Positions 9,522 to 17,154 of a stretch of 64,000 nucleotides of DNA are shown here, piece by piece. The translations under genes were made by a program, and so were the position numbers. This stretch comes from a virus. Its lineage: Duplodnaviria; Heunggongvirae; Uroviricota; Caudoviricetes. The stretch lies in the IMG/VR virus record IMGVR_UViG_3300045988_154997, positions 32,001 through 96,000 of that record; one strand, 5' to 3'. The notes beneath the pieces are model-generated. The model was not told the DNA's origin and made no database searches. It worked only from the letters and a program-made list of their open reading frames with translations. Position 1 is the stretch's first letter. Each line of letters starts with the position of its first letter.

Positions 9522-10343
9522 ATGACTATCCTTGAAAATCCTGATGCGAATGTTGAATCTGTTTATAGTCTTCATCCAACCACGTTGTTTCATTTTACAA
9601 AAAACGAAGATGCTTTCTATAGCATATTGGCTGAGAAATATTTTAAACCATTTCTTGCTCGCGAGGAAATAAGAGGAGTCGGGGGACGCAGGAGGTTTGC
9701 AGTACCAATGGTATCGTTTTGTGACATAAAACTATCACAAATCAGAGATCATAGCGGAAAATATGGAGAATTCGGTCTTGGGCTAACTAAGTCTTGGGCG
9801 GAAAAGAAAGGTCTACACCCAGTTCTATATATGAATAAGAGTAGTGAAATATTTTCTAAATACAATGCCAGAATTCGACTTATTAAAAATAAGTTGGTGC
9901 CGCTTTGGAAGGCTAGAGGAAATTTAGATACCAAAAACAGAATAGAGTTTGAGAAATTGAAAGCAGAATATTCTGATCTATATAATTTACTGCGTTATAT
10001 GAAAAATTACAGAGGCAAGCTAGAGCGAAAAGATAATAAAACAATAGAGAATTATATATATGCAGACGAGAAAGAGTGGCGTTATGTGCCAGCTCCTTTT
10101 ATTGGTGATTTATGGCCTAGTCTGAGTTTGGAGCGTGTTATCACTTCTGATGACAAAGCAAAAATTAGCTCAAAATTTTCAAAGTTTGGCATTGATTTTG
10201 AGTTCAATGATATAAAATATATACTTATACCTAAAGAACAACATATCCAAAAGCTAATTAACTTTCTCTCAGGTTTAGATGGATTTGAATCTTCAATTAT
10301 TAGCAAAATTCTGACCATGGATAAAGTAAAGCAAGATTTTTAA
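9522..10343 (+). CDS. DUF2971/Abi-like protein (tentative family assignment)
   Basis: ATG at 9522 with AAGGTG RBS. Motifs LFHFTK...FYSIL, FAVPMVSFCD...HSGKYGEFGLGL and C-terminal EKEWRYV echo the LYKY / MWSHY..HKGFCIGF / E.EWR pattern of the DUF2971-like protein at 23116-23835. AT-rich. Confidence 0.45.
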   Translation: MTILENPDANVESVYSLHPTTLFHFTKNEDAFYSILAEKYFKPFLAREEIRGVGGRRRFAVPMVSFCDIKLSQIRDHSGKYGEFGLGLTKSWAEKKGLHPVLYMNKSSEIFSKYNARIRLIKNKLVPLWKARGNLDTKNRIEFEKLKAEYSDLYNLLRYMKNYRGKLERKDNKTIENYIYADEKEWRYVPAPFIGDLWPSLSLERVITSDDKAKISSKFSKFGIDFEFNDIKYILIPKEQHIQKLINFLSGLDGFESSIISKILTMDKVKQDF

Positions 10344-10369
10344 TTTTTGGTTTAACGGGAGCCTAATTA

Positions 10370-11581
10370 GTGTCAATATTTTTAAGCGAAAAGGAAATGC
10401 AAAATTGGATAATTGACAAATTATCTGATCAAGATGGATTATATAATTCAATCATCAATATTGATAAATTAAATGAATTTAATCCGAAAAGACCCGAAGA
10501 GAAAAAAATTAAGGAGAGTTATCAGTTTTGTTTAAAGAACATAACATTGTTACATTTAATGACAGATGATGAGAATATCTCAGCAACAAAATCTGAGATA
10601 TTAAGACCTGATGTCGTTGCTTATTCAACAGAGAATGAATCCTTAGTTCTTATTGAGTTAAAAAATTTTTCAACACCAACAAGGGAAGCTGGAACTGAGC
10701 TAGTGGCATATGCTGCGGAACTAAAAAGTTACTTGTCATACTTGTCTGATGGAGATATTACCAATGTACTTATATCACCTGACTGGCCACCTTTGGTTAG
10801 ACACTTTATTTTTAATATGATCGTGTGGCAGAAGAAAAACTTTCTATGTTTAGAACCTTGCTATGATTTACAAGGTAACGTATCACTTACTCCTTTAGAT
10901 ATTAATAAATTAGTTATTGCGGAAGAAGCACTCAAGTTCTCATTTCGTCATCTTGGCGGGTTTCATATATGTTTGTATGATGATGAAATGTATAATCAAC
11001 CGACTTCCACTTCTCGTTTACATTCGAAATTGAATGTTATTAAAGCCAGCATGGCAAAAATGTCCTCAGACGGTGAAAAGACTAATAGCCATGGGTTTGC
11101 TATTTTATGTAGAAATTTGAACGAGAGAACTTTAGCACCATATACGATTACTCTAGTTAATGTTTCTGCGTTTTCTTCCATAGAGCGATACTTTCATTCG
11201 CCACAAATATCCAATGCTTCTCAACTCCCTAGAATAGGACAAAAAATTTATGACATTTACACTCATTACCAACCATCAGGTTTTGGGGCATCAATGTCGA
11301 AAATTTACAATTCTGGGAGGGCATATTTAGAAAAAATTAATTGCAAGCCGCGGATCGAGGTTATAGACACCTGGGATGTATTGCAAGTACATACACATGC
11401 GCCTTATATGGAAATGGTTCATATTGAAACGTGGGGAGTTTTTAAAGAAAAATTGATTGAAGGTCTAAATGAATGTTATGAGGATGAATATTACACACCT
11501 GATTTTAACGATGTAGATTTTTGCATGGTGTGTATTGAATCCTTAATTGACCAGAATTATGAATTTATAAAACTTTTTTGA
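10370..11581 (+). CDS. PD-(D/E)xK nuclease-like protein with unknown C-terminal domain
   Basis: N-terminal ILRPDVVAYSTENESLVLIELKNFS fits a D ... E-x-K restriction-endonuclease-fold signature; GTG start at 10370 with GGGAG RBS; 403 aa; about 33% GC. Confidence 0.5.
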   Translation: MSIFLSEKEMQNWIIDKLSDQDGLYNSIINIDKLNEFNPKRPEEKKIKESYQFCLKNITLLHLMTDDENISATKSEILRPDVVAYSTENESLVLIELKNFSTPTREAGTELVAYAAELKSYLSYLSDGDITNVLISPDWPPLVRHFIFNMIVWQKKNFLCLEPCYDLQGNVSLTPLDINKLVIAEEALKFSFRHLGGFHICLYDDEMYNQPTSTSRLHSKLNVIKASMAKMSSDGEKTNSHGFAILCRNLNERTLAPYTITLVNVSAFSSIERYFHSPQISNASQLPRIGQKIYDIYTHYQPSGFGASMSKIYNSGRAYLEKINCKPRIEVIDTWDVLQVHTHAPYMEMVHIETWGVFKEKLIEGLNECYEDEYYTPDFNDVDFCMVCIESLIDQNYEFIKLF

Positions 11582-11584
11582 AGA

Positions 11585-11604
11585 AAAGGGGCCGAAGCCC
11601 CTTT
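11585..11604. terminator. stem-loop AAAGGGGC-cgaa-GCCCCTTT, probable intrinsic terminator, likely bidirectional
   Basis: Directly after the stop at 11579-11581; on the minus strand it is followed by TTTTCTTC, so it also ends the tRNA transcript. Confidence 0.55.
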
Positions 11605-11680
11605 GAATATTGCGCTGAAAAAAAGTGTTGCTAGGATGTTAGCAAGCTATGGTTAAGAACGTCTGCCGTAATTGTCAATC

Positions 11681-11758
11681 ACAGCGTTGAGCGGTCTGGT
11701 TTATGTTAGCGGAGTCTTAATCGAGTTGATTAAAAGGCCAAACCGCTCAACGCTGTGT
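11681..11758. repeat. 16-bp perfect inverted repeat (CACAGCGTTGAGCGGT / ACCGCTCAACGCTGTG) forming a long hairpin abutting the tRNA-Ser 3' end
   Basis: Read directly; arms separated by 46 nt. Confidence 0.6.
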
Positions 11759-11759
11759 C

Positions 11760-11846
11760 TGGCGGAGAGTAATGGAATCGAACCATCATCGTTTGCACAA
11801 TGGGACGATTTTCAAGACCGCTTGAGCACCATGCTCCCTACTCTCC
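11760..11846 (-). tRNA. tRNA-Ser (anticodon TGA), type II with long variable arm, CCA encoded
   Basis: Minus-strand sequence GGAGAGT...CGGTCTTGAAAATCG...GGTTCGATTCC...ACTCTCCGCCA: 7-bp acceptor stem, anticodon loop CTTGAAA, T-loop TTCGATT. Confidence 0.7.
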
Positions 11847-12070
11847 GGCCGTTGTGGTGGCCGGTACTGAATCTCCGGCATACGGTGCAGCCAATTAGGA
11901 CTACGGACGATCACCGCTCGCGAAAGGGAAGATTTGCGGCCGCATTTCCCTAACATCCAAGAAAGCTATCGCATCAGTCTGCGAATCCACCACAACGGTA
12001 AGATCACTACCTTTCGACCAGTCATTGTGCACATGAACGACGATTAACCGTAATGATCTTATCGTTGTAT

Positions 12071-12147
12071 TGGTGCCGGTTAACGGACTCGAACCGCTGA
12101 CATCCTGCTTACAAGGCAGGCGCTCTACCAACTGAGCTAAACCGGCA
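12071..12147 (-). tRNA. tRNA-Thr (anticodon TGT), CCA encoded
   Basis: TGCCGGT-TT-AGCTCAGTTGGTAGAGC-G-CCTGC-CTTGTAA-GCAGG-ATGTC-AGCGG-TTCGAGT-CCGTT-AACCGGCA-CCA; canonical cloverleaf. Confidence 0.85.
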
Positions 12148-12150
12148 ATT

Positions 12151-12237
12151 TGGTGGGGAGTGATGGAGTCGAACCACCCGAGTCGCAATGACAGTAGATT
12201 TACAGTCTGTCCCGCTACCTCTACGGACTAACTCCCC
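12151..12237 (-). tRNA. tRNA-Tyr (anticodon GTA), type II, CCA encoded; two non-canonical pairs in the anticodon stem
   Basis: Anticodon arm and variable arm AGACTGTAAATCT.C.GTCAT closely resemble E. coli tRNA-Tyr as recalled from memory; acceptor GGGGAGT/ACTCCCC; T-loop TTCGACT. Confidence 0.65.
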
Positions 12238-12242
12238 TAAAT

Positions 12243-12317
12243 TGGCGATGGTGGGTGGATTCGAACCACCGACCAGTTGGTTAACAGCCAACTGCTCTAC
12301 CGCTGAGCTACACCATC
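12243..12317 (-). tRNA. tRNA-Asn (anticodon GTT), CCA encoded
   Basis: GATGGTG-TA-GCTC-AGCGGTA-GAGC-A-GTTGG-CTGTTAA-CCAAC-TGGTC-GGTGG-TTCGAAT-CCACC-CACCATC-G-CCA. Confidence 0.85.
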
Positions 12318-12581
12318 AATTCAGCACTGCCAGTATTTATTACTCAACAGTGCCAATCGCGGCGGTGTTAGTTTCTGCCAGGAAACACACCGCTACTGGC
12401 ACTTTCCGTTAGTGCCAGACGTTTTCGACTTCGCTCAATAGAAGGCAAAATCTTTAAGTAGATGATGTTTCTGAGGACAGCACCTACTTTGTAATTTATA
12501 CAATGTGATGTATGGAATCATTTGTTGTGAAAACAGGCACTAATGGCAACAGTGGTTAAACCTATACAACAATCCTGTCTT

Positions 12582-12703
12582 CACAACGTTGAGGCCACTA
12601 CTCCGATTGAATGTTTGCCCAACATGTTACATATCAACGCTCGCCGGTATCTCTGTGAATAGAACCTTAGAATTGATAAAAATGTAATGGCCTCAACGTT
12701 GTG
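12582..12703. repeat. 15-bp perfect inverted repeat (CACAACGTTGAGGCC / GGCCTCAACGTTGTG) separated by about 92 nt in an ORF-free region
   Basis: Read directly; similar in sequence to the arm of the 11681-11758 repeat (CACAgCGTTGAG). Confidence 0.6.
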
Positions 12704-12781
12704 TGCTGGCTAACCATACCAGCCGGGCTACGTCGCCGCTTTTTAACCCAGTATAAACGACATAATTGAACAAAATGACGT

Positions 12782-12857
12782 AACAGGATGGGCGGTCATT
12801 GGCTAAGAATCCGGGAGTCGTATATGAGTTGAAAATATACTGACCGCCCATTCTGTT
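12782..12857. repeat. 17-bp inverted repeat (AACAGGATGGGCGGTCA / TGACCGCCCATTCTGTT, one mismatch), spacer about 42 nt
   Basis: Read directly; followed by a further 9-bp hairpin GGAGGGAAC/GTTCCCTCC at 12867-12891. Confidence 0.55.
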
Positions 12858-13094
12858 ACTTCATCGGAGGGAACTCTCATGTTCCCTCCTGCGTTCTGCA
12901 ATCACACTCGCTCAGTGTGTCCCATTTCGGTAACGAGGCTGGAAACTGACCTCGCTGGTGTTTGGCTTATTAGGCTACTGCCAGATAGACTTCTTCGTTT
13001 GCACTTGTATTTAAGTTCAAACAGTCGCGTCTCAACGAAAACAAAGTCATCTTATACATAAAAGATAGGTAAGTAAATACTTATTATTGTATTT

Positions 13095-13385
13095 TTATTC
13101 GGTTGTGACTTTTTTGATCAAGGCCACTCTACGACTAGGTGTTCTTGTGATGGTGGCAGTGAATTGTTTCGCTTGGATAGTAATGGTTTCGTTCTCCTTA
13201 AGTTGCCCGTAGCGAGTTTCCACCAGGGTGCCAAGACGCCACAGACCATCATCGATACGTTTATGACTAGCAAATTTAATCAGCAACAGTTTTACGACTA
13301 ACTGACCTACGTAAAAGGCGAATGCGACTCCGGCCGCTAAGAAATAGGTGACCAACCACCATTCCCAAGAAGTTAACTTGCTCAT
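13095..13385 (-). CDS. small membrane protein (96 aa)
   Basis: N-terminal hydrophobic helix WEWWLVTYFLAAGVAFAFYVGQLVV; ATGA overlap with the upstream small ORF. Confidence 0.45.
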   Translation of the reverse strand: MSKLTSWEWWLVTYFLAAGVAFAFYVGQLVVKLLLIKFASHKRIDDGLWRLGTLVETRYGQLKENETITIQAKQFTATITRTPSRRVALIKKVTTE

Positions 13386-13534
13386 TTTTTCACCTTTGTT
13401 TCATGAACTACTCGATACACGCGCTTTCCGATGCACAGTGTTTTGGTTTTAAGTTCCTGCTTAATCAAATCATGACAGATGCCGAAGCCGATAAGGAAGC
13501 CAGCCATAAAAGCCAATGAGATGTATGGAATCAT
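13382..13534 (-). CDS. small membrane protein (50 aa; below the ORF-track size cutoff)
   Basis: ATG at 13534 with AGGAGCC RBS; translation MIPYISLAFMAGFLIGFGICHDLIK...; overlaps neighbours at both ends (ATGA). Confidence 0.35.
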   Translation of the reverse strand: MIPYISLAFMAGFLIGFGICHDLIKQELKTKTLCIGKRVYRVVHETKVKK

Positions 13535-13746
13535 TTAAAGGCTCCTGATTCTACTAATTGCTGTAGCAATAATTTCCCTTTATCAGTTAACTGGTAGTTG
13601 GCCGAGCGCCACGTTTCAGAAACGTTTGCAACCAACCCTAAACGCTCTAACTTAGCTCGCGTTTTAGGCTTCCAGTACTCAGGGAACTCCGGCCACTTAC
13701 TTATTTCATGAAGCGTTTCTTTCTCCCGTTTACTTAATACGATCAT
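13531..13746 (-). CDS. hypothetical protein (71 aa)
   Basis: ORF only; coupled to the ligase stop. Confidence 0.4.
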   Translation of the reverse strand: MIVLSKREKETLHEISKWPEFPEYWKPKTRAKLERLGLVANVSETWRSANYQLTDKGKLLLQQLVESGAFK

Positions 13747-15065
13747 TCTTTATCTCCGATTCGATCTTCGGTATCGCGTAAGCAACGCGGCCATTTCAGT
13801 CGTGGGTGGCGTAAGCTGCCATCAGGTGTTTTCTCGTGACAATGAACCTCGACAATACGACCACGGTACTTCTCTTTGTTGTTCCAGATCTCGTCCAGAT
13901 ATTTATGCTTAATGCCGCTCGCACGAACGATGACGCCGTTTTCAAGACGAATAACAATTTTCCCAAGCGTGTTGGCAAAACCAGAGTCCGGGTCGCCCGG
14001 CTCAAAATCGATAATTTCACCATCTTCTGAATCTTCGTCTTTTAACTTCCACCAGCTGCGGGTACGTTTAAACTCGTAAACAGAGTTCGGATCTTTGCCC
14101 ATCTCCCCTTCTTCGTTATCGTCCAGGCGTTTCATGAAGCGTTCGATGAAGTCTTCGTGGCTATGGATGATGTAGAACGGATGCAGGTGAATGTCTTGTG
14201 CGTAGCCTTCACTGCGATCGTTTTTGAACAACGCCACGAGCATAGCCAGGCGCTCTTTCAGCTTCATACCTGTCTTTGCATACTCTTTGGATTTAGCCTG
14301 TGCTCGCCATTCCGGTAGGAAGAAGTCGAAAACATGATAAATAGCGCCAATTGCCTGCACGTTCTTTTTGCGCAATGCAGATACGGACTGGTTAAATGAA
14401 CCGGCTGTGCCTTCACCATCGAAGAAGATGTGTTTGTGGCCTGAAAGTTTGCCTAATTCGAGCATGGCTGGCTTTAGGTGATCGAGAGACGTGATTGGAT
14501 TACCAGTACGAGAAAGGAAGTTAACCTCTTCTTCGTCAACAATAACCTCGCAAATTACTCGCAAACCATCGAGCTTAAGGCTGCCAATCATCGGCCATTT
14601 TGCTTTAGGGTTTGGCTTGAAGGGGTATTTGTCGCCTTTTTCTTTATACGGTGACGCCAGCTGCACCTCGAATTTCGGAATGGGATTTTCAAAAACCTTG
14701 TTGCATAGGCTAATCCCAACGCCAGCTTTCGGATCTTTTAAGAGGAAACGACGGAAGACGTCCTGCCCATCGGCGCACATTGACGCCACGATAGACTCAA
14801 CAGCAGCTATTGCTGCGTTCCCCGTCAGCTCGCGAGAGGCCAGCTTATTCAGTACATCAATGGCTTTTTCGTCACTTGGGACGGACTCACTAAGCGGCTC
14901 TGCCACTTTGTATTTCTTTACCCCAAAACGGATGAAAGGGTTGAGCATCAATGAAACCATGCTTTGTTCAAAGTCATCCATGTTGGCCAATGCCTCTTTT
15001 TTTGCATTGGTTCCCATAGCTTTCATTTCGTCCAGCTTATGCTTAAGTGCGATCAACTTTTTCAT
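13743..15065 (-). CDS. ATP-dependent DNA ligase
   Basis: Adenylation motif I KxDGxR present as SLKLDGLRVI; 440 aa. Confidence 0.8.
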   Translation of the reverse strand: MKKLIALKHKLDEMKAMGTNAKKEALANMDDFEQSMVSLMLNPFIRFGVKKYKVAEPLSESVPSDEKAIDVLNKLASRELTGNAAIAAVESIVASMCADGQDVFRRFLLKDPKAGVGISLCNKVFENPIPKFEVQLASPYKEKGDKYPFKPNPKAKWPMIGSLKLDGLRVICEVIVDEEEVNFLSRTGNPITSLDHLKPAMLELGKLSGHKHIFFDGEGTAGSFNQSVSALRKKNVQAIGAIYHVFDFFLPEWRAQAKSKEYAKTGMKLKERLAMLVALFKNDRSEGYAQDIHLHPFYIIHSHEDFIERFMKRLDDNEEGEMGKDPNSVYEFKRTRSWWKLKDEDSEDGEIIDFEPGDPDSGFANTLGKIVIRLENGVIVRASGIKHKYLDEIWNNKEKYRGRIVEVHCHEKTPDGSLRHPRLKWPRCLRDTEDRIGDKE

Positions 15066-15532
15066 TGTTGTTTTGCCTCCATATGTTGATCGATTTGCTC
15101 ATGTGTTTCTTTTGTTGTTTCTTCAATCAACGCCGCATACACGTCAGTGATCGCTGTTTGTGATGTGGCGCTCTTCTTAACCATGCTATTAATCGTTACA
15201 CTGTCACGTTTTCGTTTTATAGTTCTGGCTTGTTTATTCCGTTCTTCAACCTCCTTAATGAGTGCGGTCATATCTTCGTAATACAGAGATTCTCCTTTAC
15301 GAATCTCTTCAACCATCATTTTTAACGCCTTGCATTTGCCTGCTTTAATAGCGGTTGCGCACGACTGGAAAGACGTTCGAGGAAGACGGTTTTCTTTGAA
15401 GGCAAGAATGGTGTGCTGGCAAACGGAGTAGCTGCAATATGCCGACTCACCGTTTATCTTTACTTCCTCACAACGAAGTGAATAACCGTTATTTCCTGAA
15501 ATAGAAGGGATTTTTGACAAATCAGCTTTCAC
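15062..15532 (-). CDS. hypothetical protein (156 aa), GTG start
   Basis: ORF only; preceded by the CTTACCTATCATT motif and a 15-codon upstream ORF beginning MIGK. Confidence 0.45.
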   Translation of the reverse strand: MKADLSKIPSISGNNGYSLRCEEVKINGESAYCSYSVCQHTILAFKENRLPRTSFQSCATAIKAGKCKALKMMVEEIRKGESLYYEDMTALIKEVEERNKQARTIKRKRDSVTINSMVKKSATSQTAITDVYAALIEETTKETHEQIDQHMEAKQQ

Positions 15533-15599
15533 AATTACCGCCAGAAATAATCTTGTGCTTACCTATCATTATTTGCGTAAAAAACGACACACAGAGAGC

Positions 15600-16382
15600 T
15601 TACCAACTTCCCCAGCTAATCATCTTGCGCTGATCGCTTTCTAAGCGATAGGGGGCAAGAAGCTCTGTGACATGATTGGTGGCGTATGATTTGGCCTCTT
15701 GCTCTATCATCGGTAATTCGTTAGCAATCCTGACCATCTTCCCAGCAAATTCCGCCATTACGCCATCACACGCCTTACCCGCATCAACAATGATATGCAC
15801 AAGATCCAACTGGCTTTTGCACATGTCCCAAAGAGTCGAATATTCGCTCTCCCTGATTAGATTTACAGCATCATTAGCCCCTTTATTAATCAAAACCTCC
15901 AACAGATTTGTCGGGGTGACGAAATCGGCTTTCAGAGACAATGTTGGTTCAGCTTTTACCGACAGCAAGTAATCTTCAAAGTTTTGCTTGTCTTCCAGCA
16001 AAGCTAAACTACGCATAGCTCGAATTGATTCTCGAATAACGGCTTCAATATGTTCGTCACCTGGAGGACAGATAATGGTATCTGTATAGATGACTCTGCC
16101 ATCAAACCACGTCCCAACCTGCACTTTTAGAGTTCGTAAGTTTTCTTTGCGTACAAAAACAACTAATGCAGAACGTCGTGCATGTGCAGGTTCGCCCCAT
16201 ACGCACAACTTAACCTTCAGATAAGGTAGCCCCGGTAGCGGGATCTCGACCAAACGAGTGGCGATATGATCCATTGCCGTATTGACGGCTTTTCCAATGA
16301 TGTCTAGCCGATTGCTCTCGCTGATTTCTAAACCAGTTTTATCAATGATGTTGCAGGCTAATCTCTTAATTTCTTCTTTCAT
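15600..16382 (-). CDS. hypothetical protein (260 aa)
   Basis: ORF only; no recognisable motif. Confidence 0.5.
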   Translation of the reverse strand: MKEEIKRLACNIIDKTGLEISESNRLDIIGKAVNTAMDHIATRLVEIPLPGLPYLKVKLCVWGEPAHARRSALVVFVRKENLRTLKVQVGTWFDGRVIYTDTIICPPGDEHIEAVIRESIRAMRSLALLEDKQNFEDYLLSVKAEPTLSLKADFVTPTNLLEVLINKGANDAVNLIRESEYSTLWDMCKSQLDLVHIIVDAGKACDGVMAEFAGKMVRIANELPMIEQEAKSYATNHVTELLAPYRLESDQRKMISWGSW

Positions 16383-16507
16383 ACCAACTCCTAGCTAACG
16401 GATGAAAGTATTCTTACAAAAACTTAAGTATGTATATACTTATCATTTTAGGTGCAATAGTTCTTTATACTAAGATGCCGGGCGTATCCGCAGCCCAGCA
16501 TTCACCT

Positions 16508-16921
16508 TTAATGAGCTACAGCCTCACTGTTGCACATCTTTCTGTAGACCTGCTTATAACGCTGTAAATCATGAGGATCATTAGGTGCCAACGACTTCGA
16601 TAGGATTTTGTATACCACCCCTTTTGAAAACATGCCCTTTGGCTTCATTTCGAGTTCAACAACATATGAGTGATAGCCCACGTATGCACCAAAGCCATTT
16701 TTGGCGTTTAATTCACCACACACAAAGCCTGTCACACTCCCATCATCATGATCAGTCCTGACAAACTTATCTTTCCTAAACATCACCGACGTGGGATCTT
16801 TCATATCATCCGCAATTGCCTGTTGGCCCAGAGTAATAGCCTTCTCGTCTGTAGGCTTACACCCAACTAATGCAAACAAAGACAATAAAGCACCTGTTAA
16901 AATCAACTTCTTTTTGCTCAT
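16508..16921 (-). CDS. lipoprotein (137 aa)
   Basis: Signal peptide MSKKKLILTGALLSLFALVGC with lipobox LVGC. Confidence 0.6.
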   Translation of the reverse strand: MSKKKLILTGALLSLFALVGCKPTDEKAITLGQQAIADDMKDPTSVMFRKDKFVRTDHDDGSVTGFVCGELNAKNGFGAYVGYHSYVVELEMKPKGMFSKGVVYKILSKSLAPNDPHDLQRYKQVYRKMCNSEAVAH

Positions 16922-17154
16922 TTTGACTTCCCTTTATTTATATTTATCGTAGGTATTAGTTAACCAAAACACGAGCCGTGTCACAATAATTCCATAGCTC
17001 ATTATTTCCATCGGTGATTAATATCACATCAACTTTACAGTTCATAAATTAAATTATCAAAGCTGACAGATTAACTAAATTTAAGTACCCTTTTCGCACA
17101 CTTGACGCTTGCCGCGTCTAAACTGTTCATCCTATATCAACAGAACAAAAAAAC

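Noticed and set aside
11847-12070. A fifth tRNA gene between tRNA-Ser and tRNA-Thr
   Set aside because: No segment folds into a cloverleaf with a canonical T-loop and matching acceptor stem; only inverted repeats and a T-loop-like GGATTCGC were seen. Kept as a structured spacer needing tRNAscan-SE or Infernal to settle.
11672-12412. ORFs 11672-11953 (+), 11901-12188 (-), 12109-12291 (-) and 12188-12412 (+)
   Set aside because: They overlap the four tRNA genes and the structured spacers; their translations are tRNA-sequence artefacts such as ...LAQLVERLP...
5860-12520. Classical tRNA-targeted prophage or island insertion with attL/attR formed by a duplicated tRNA 3' end
   Set aside because: No second copy of the 3' part of tRNA-Ser, Thr, Tyr or Asn was found near the recombinase or elsewhere in the window; phage genes continue on both sides, so the recombinase is internal to the element.
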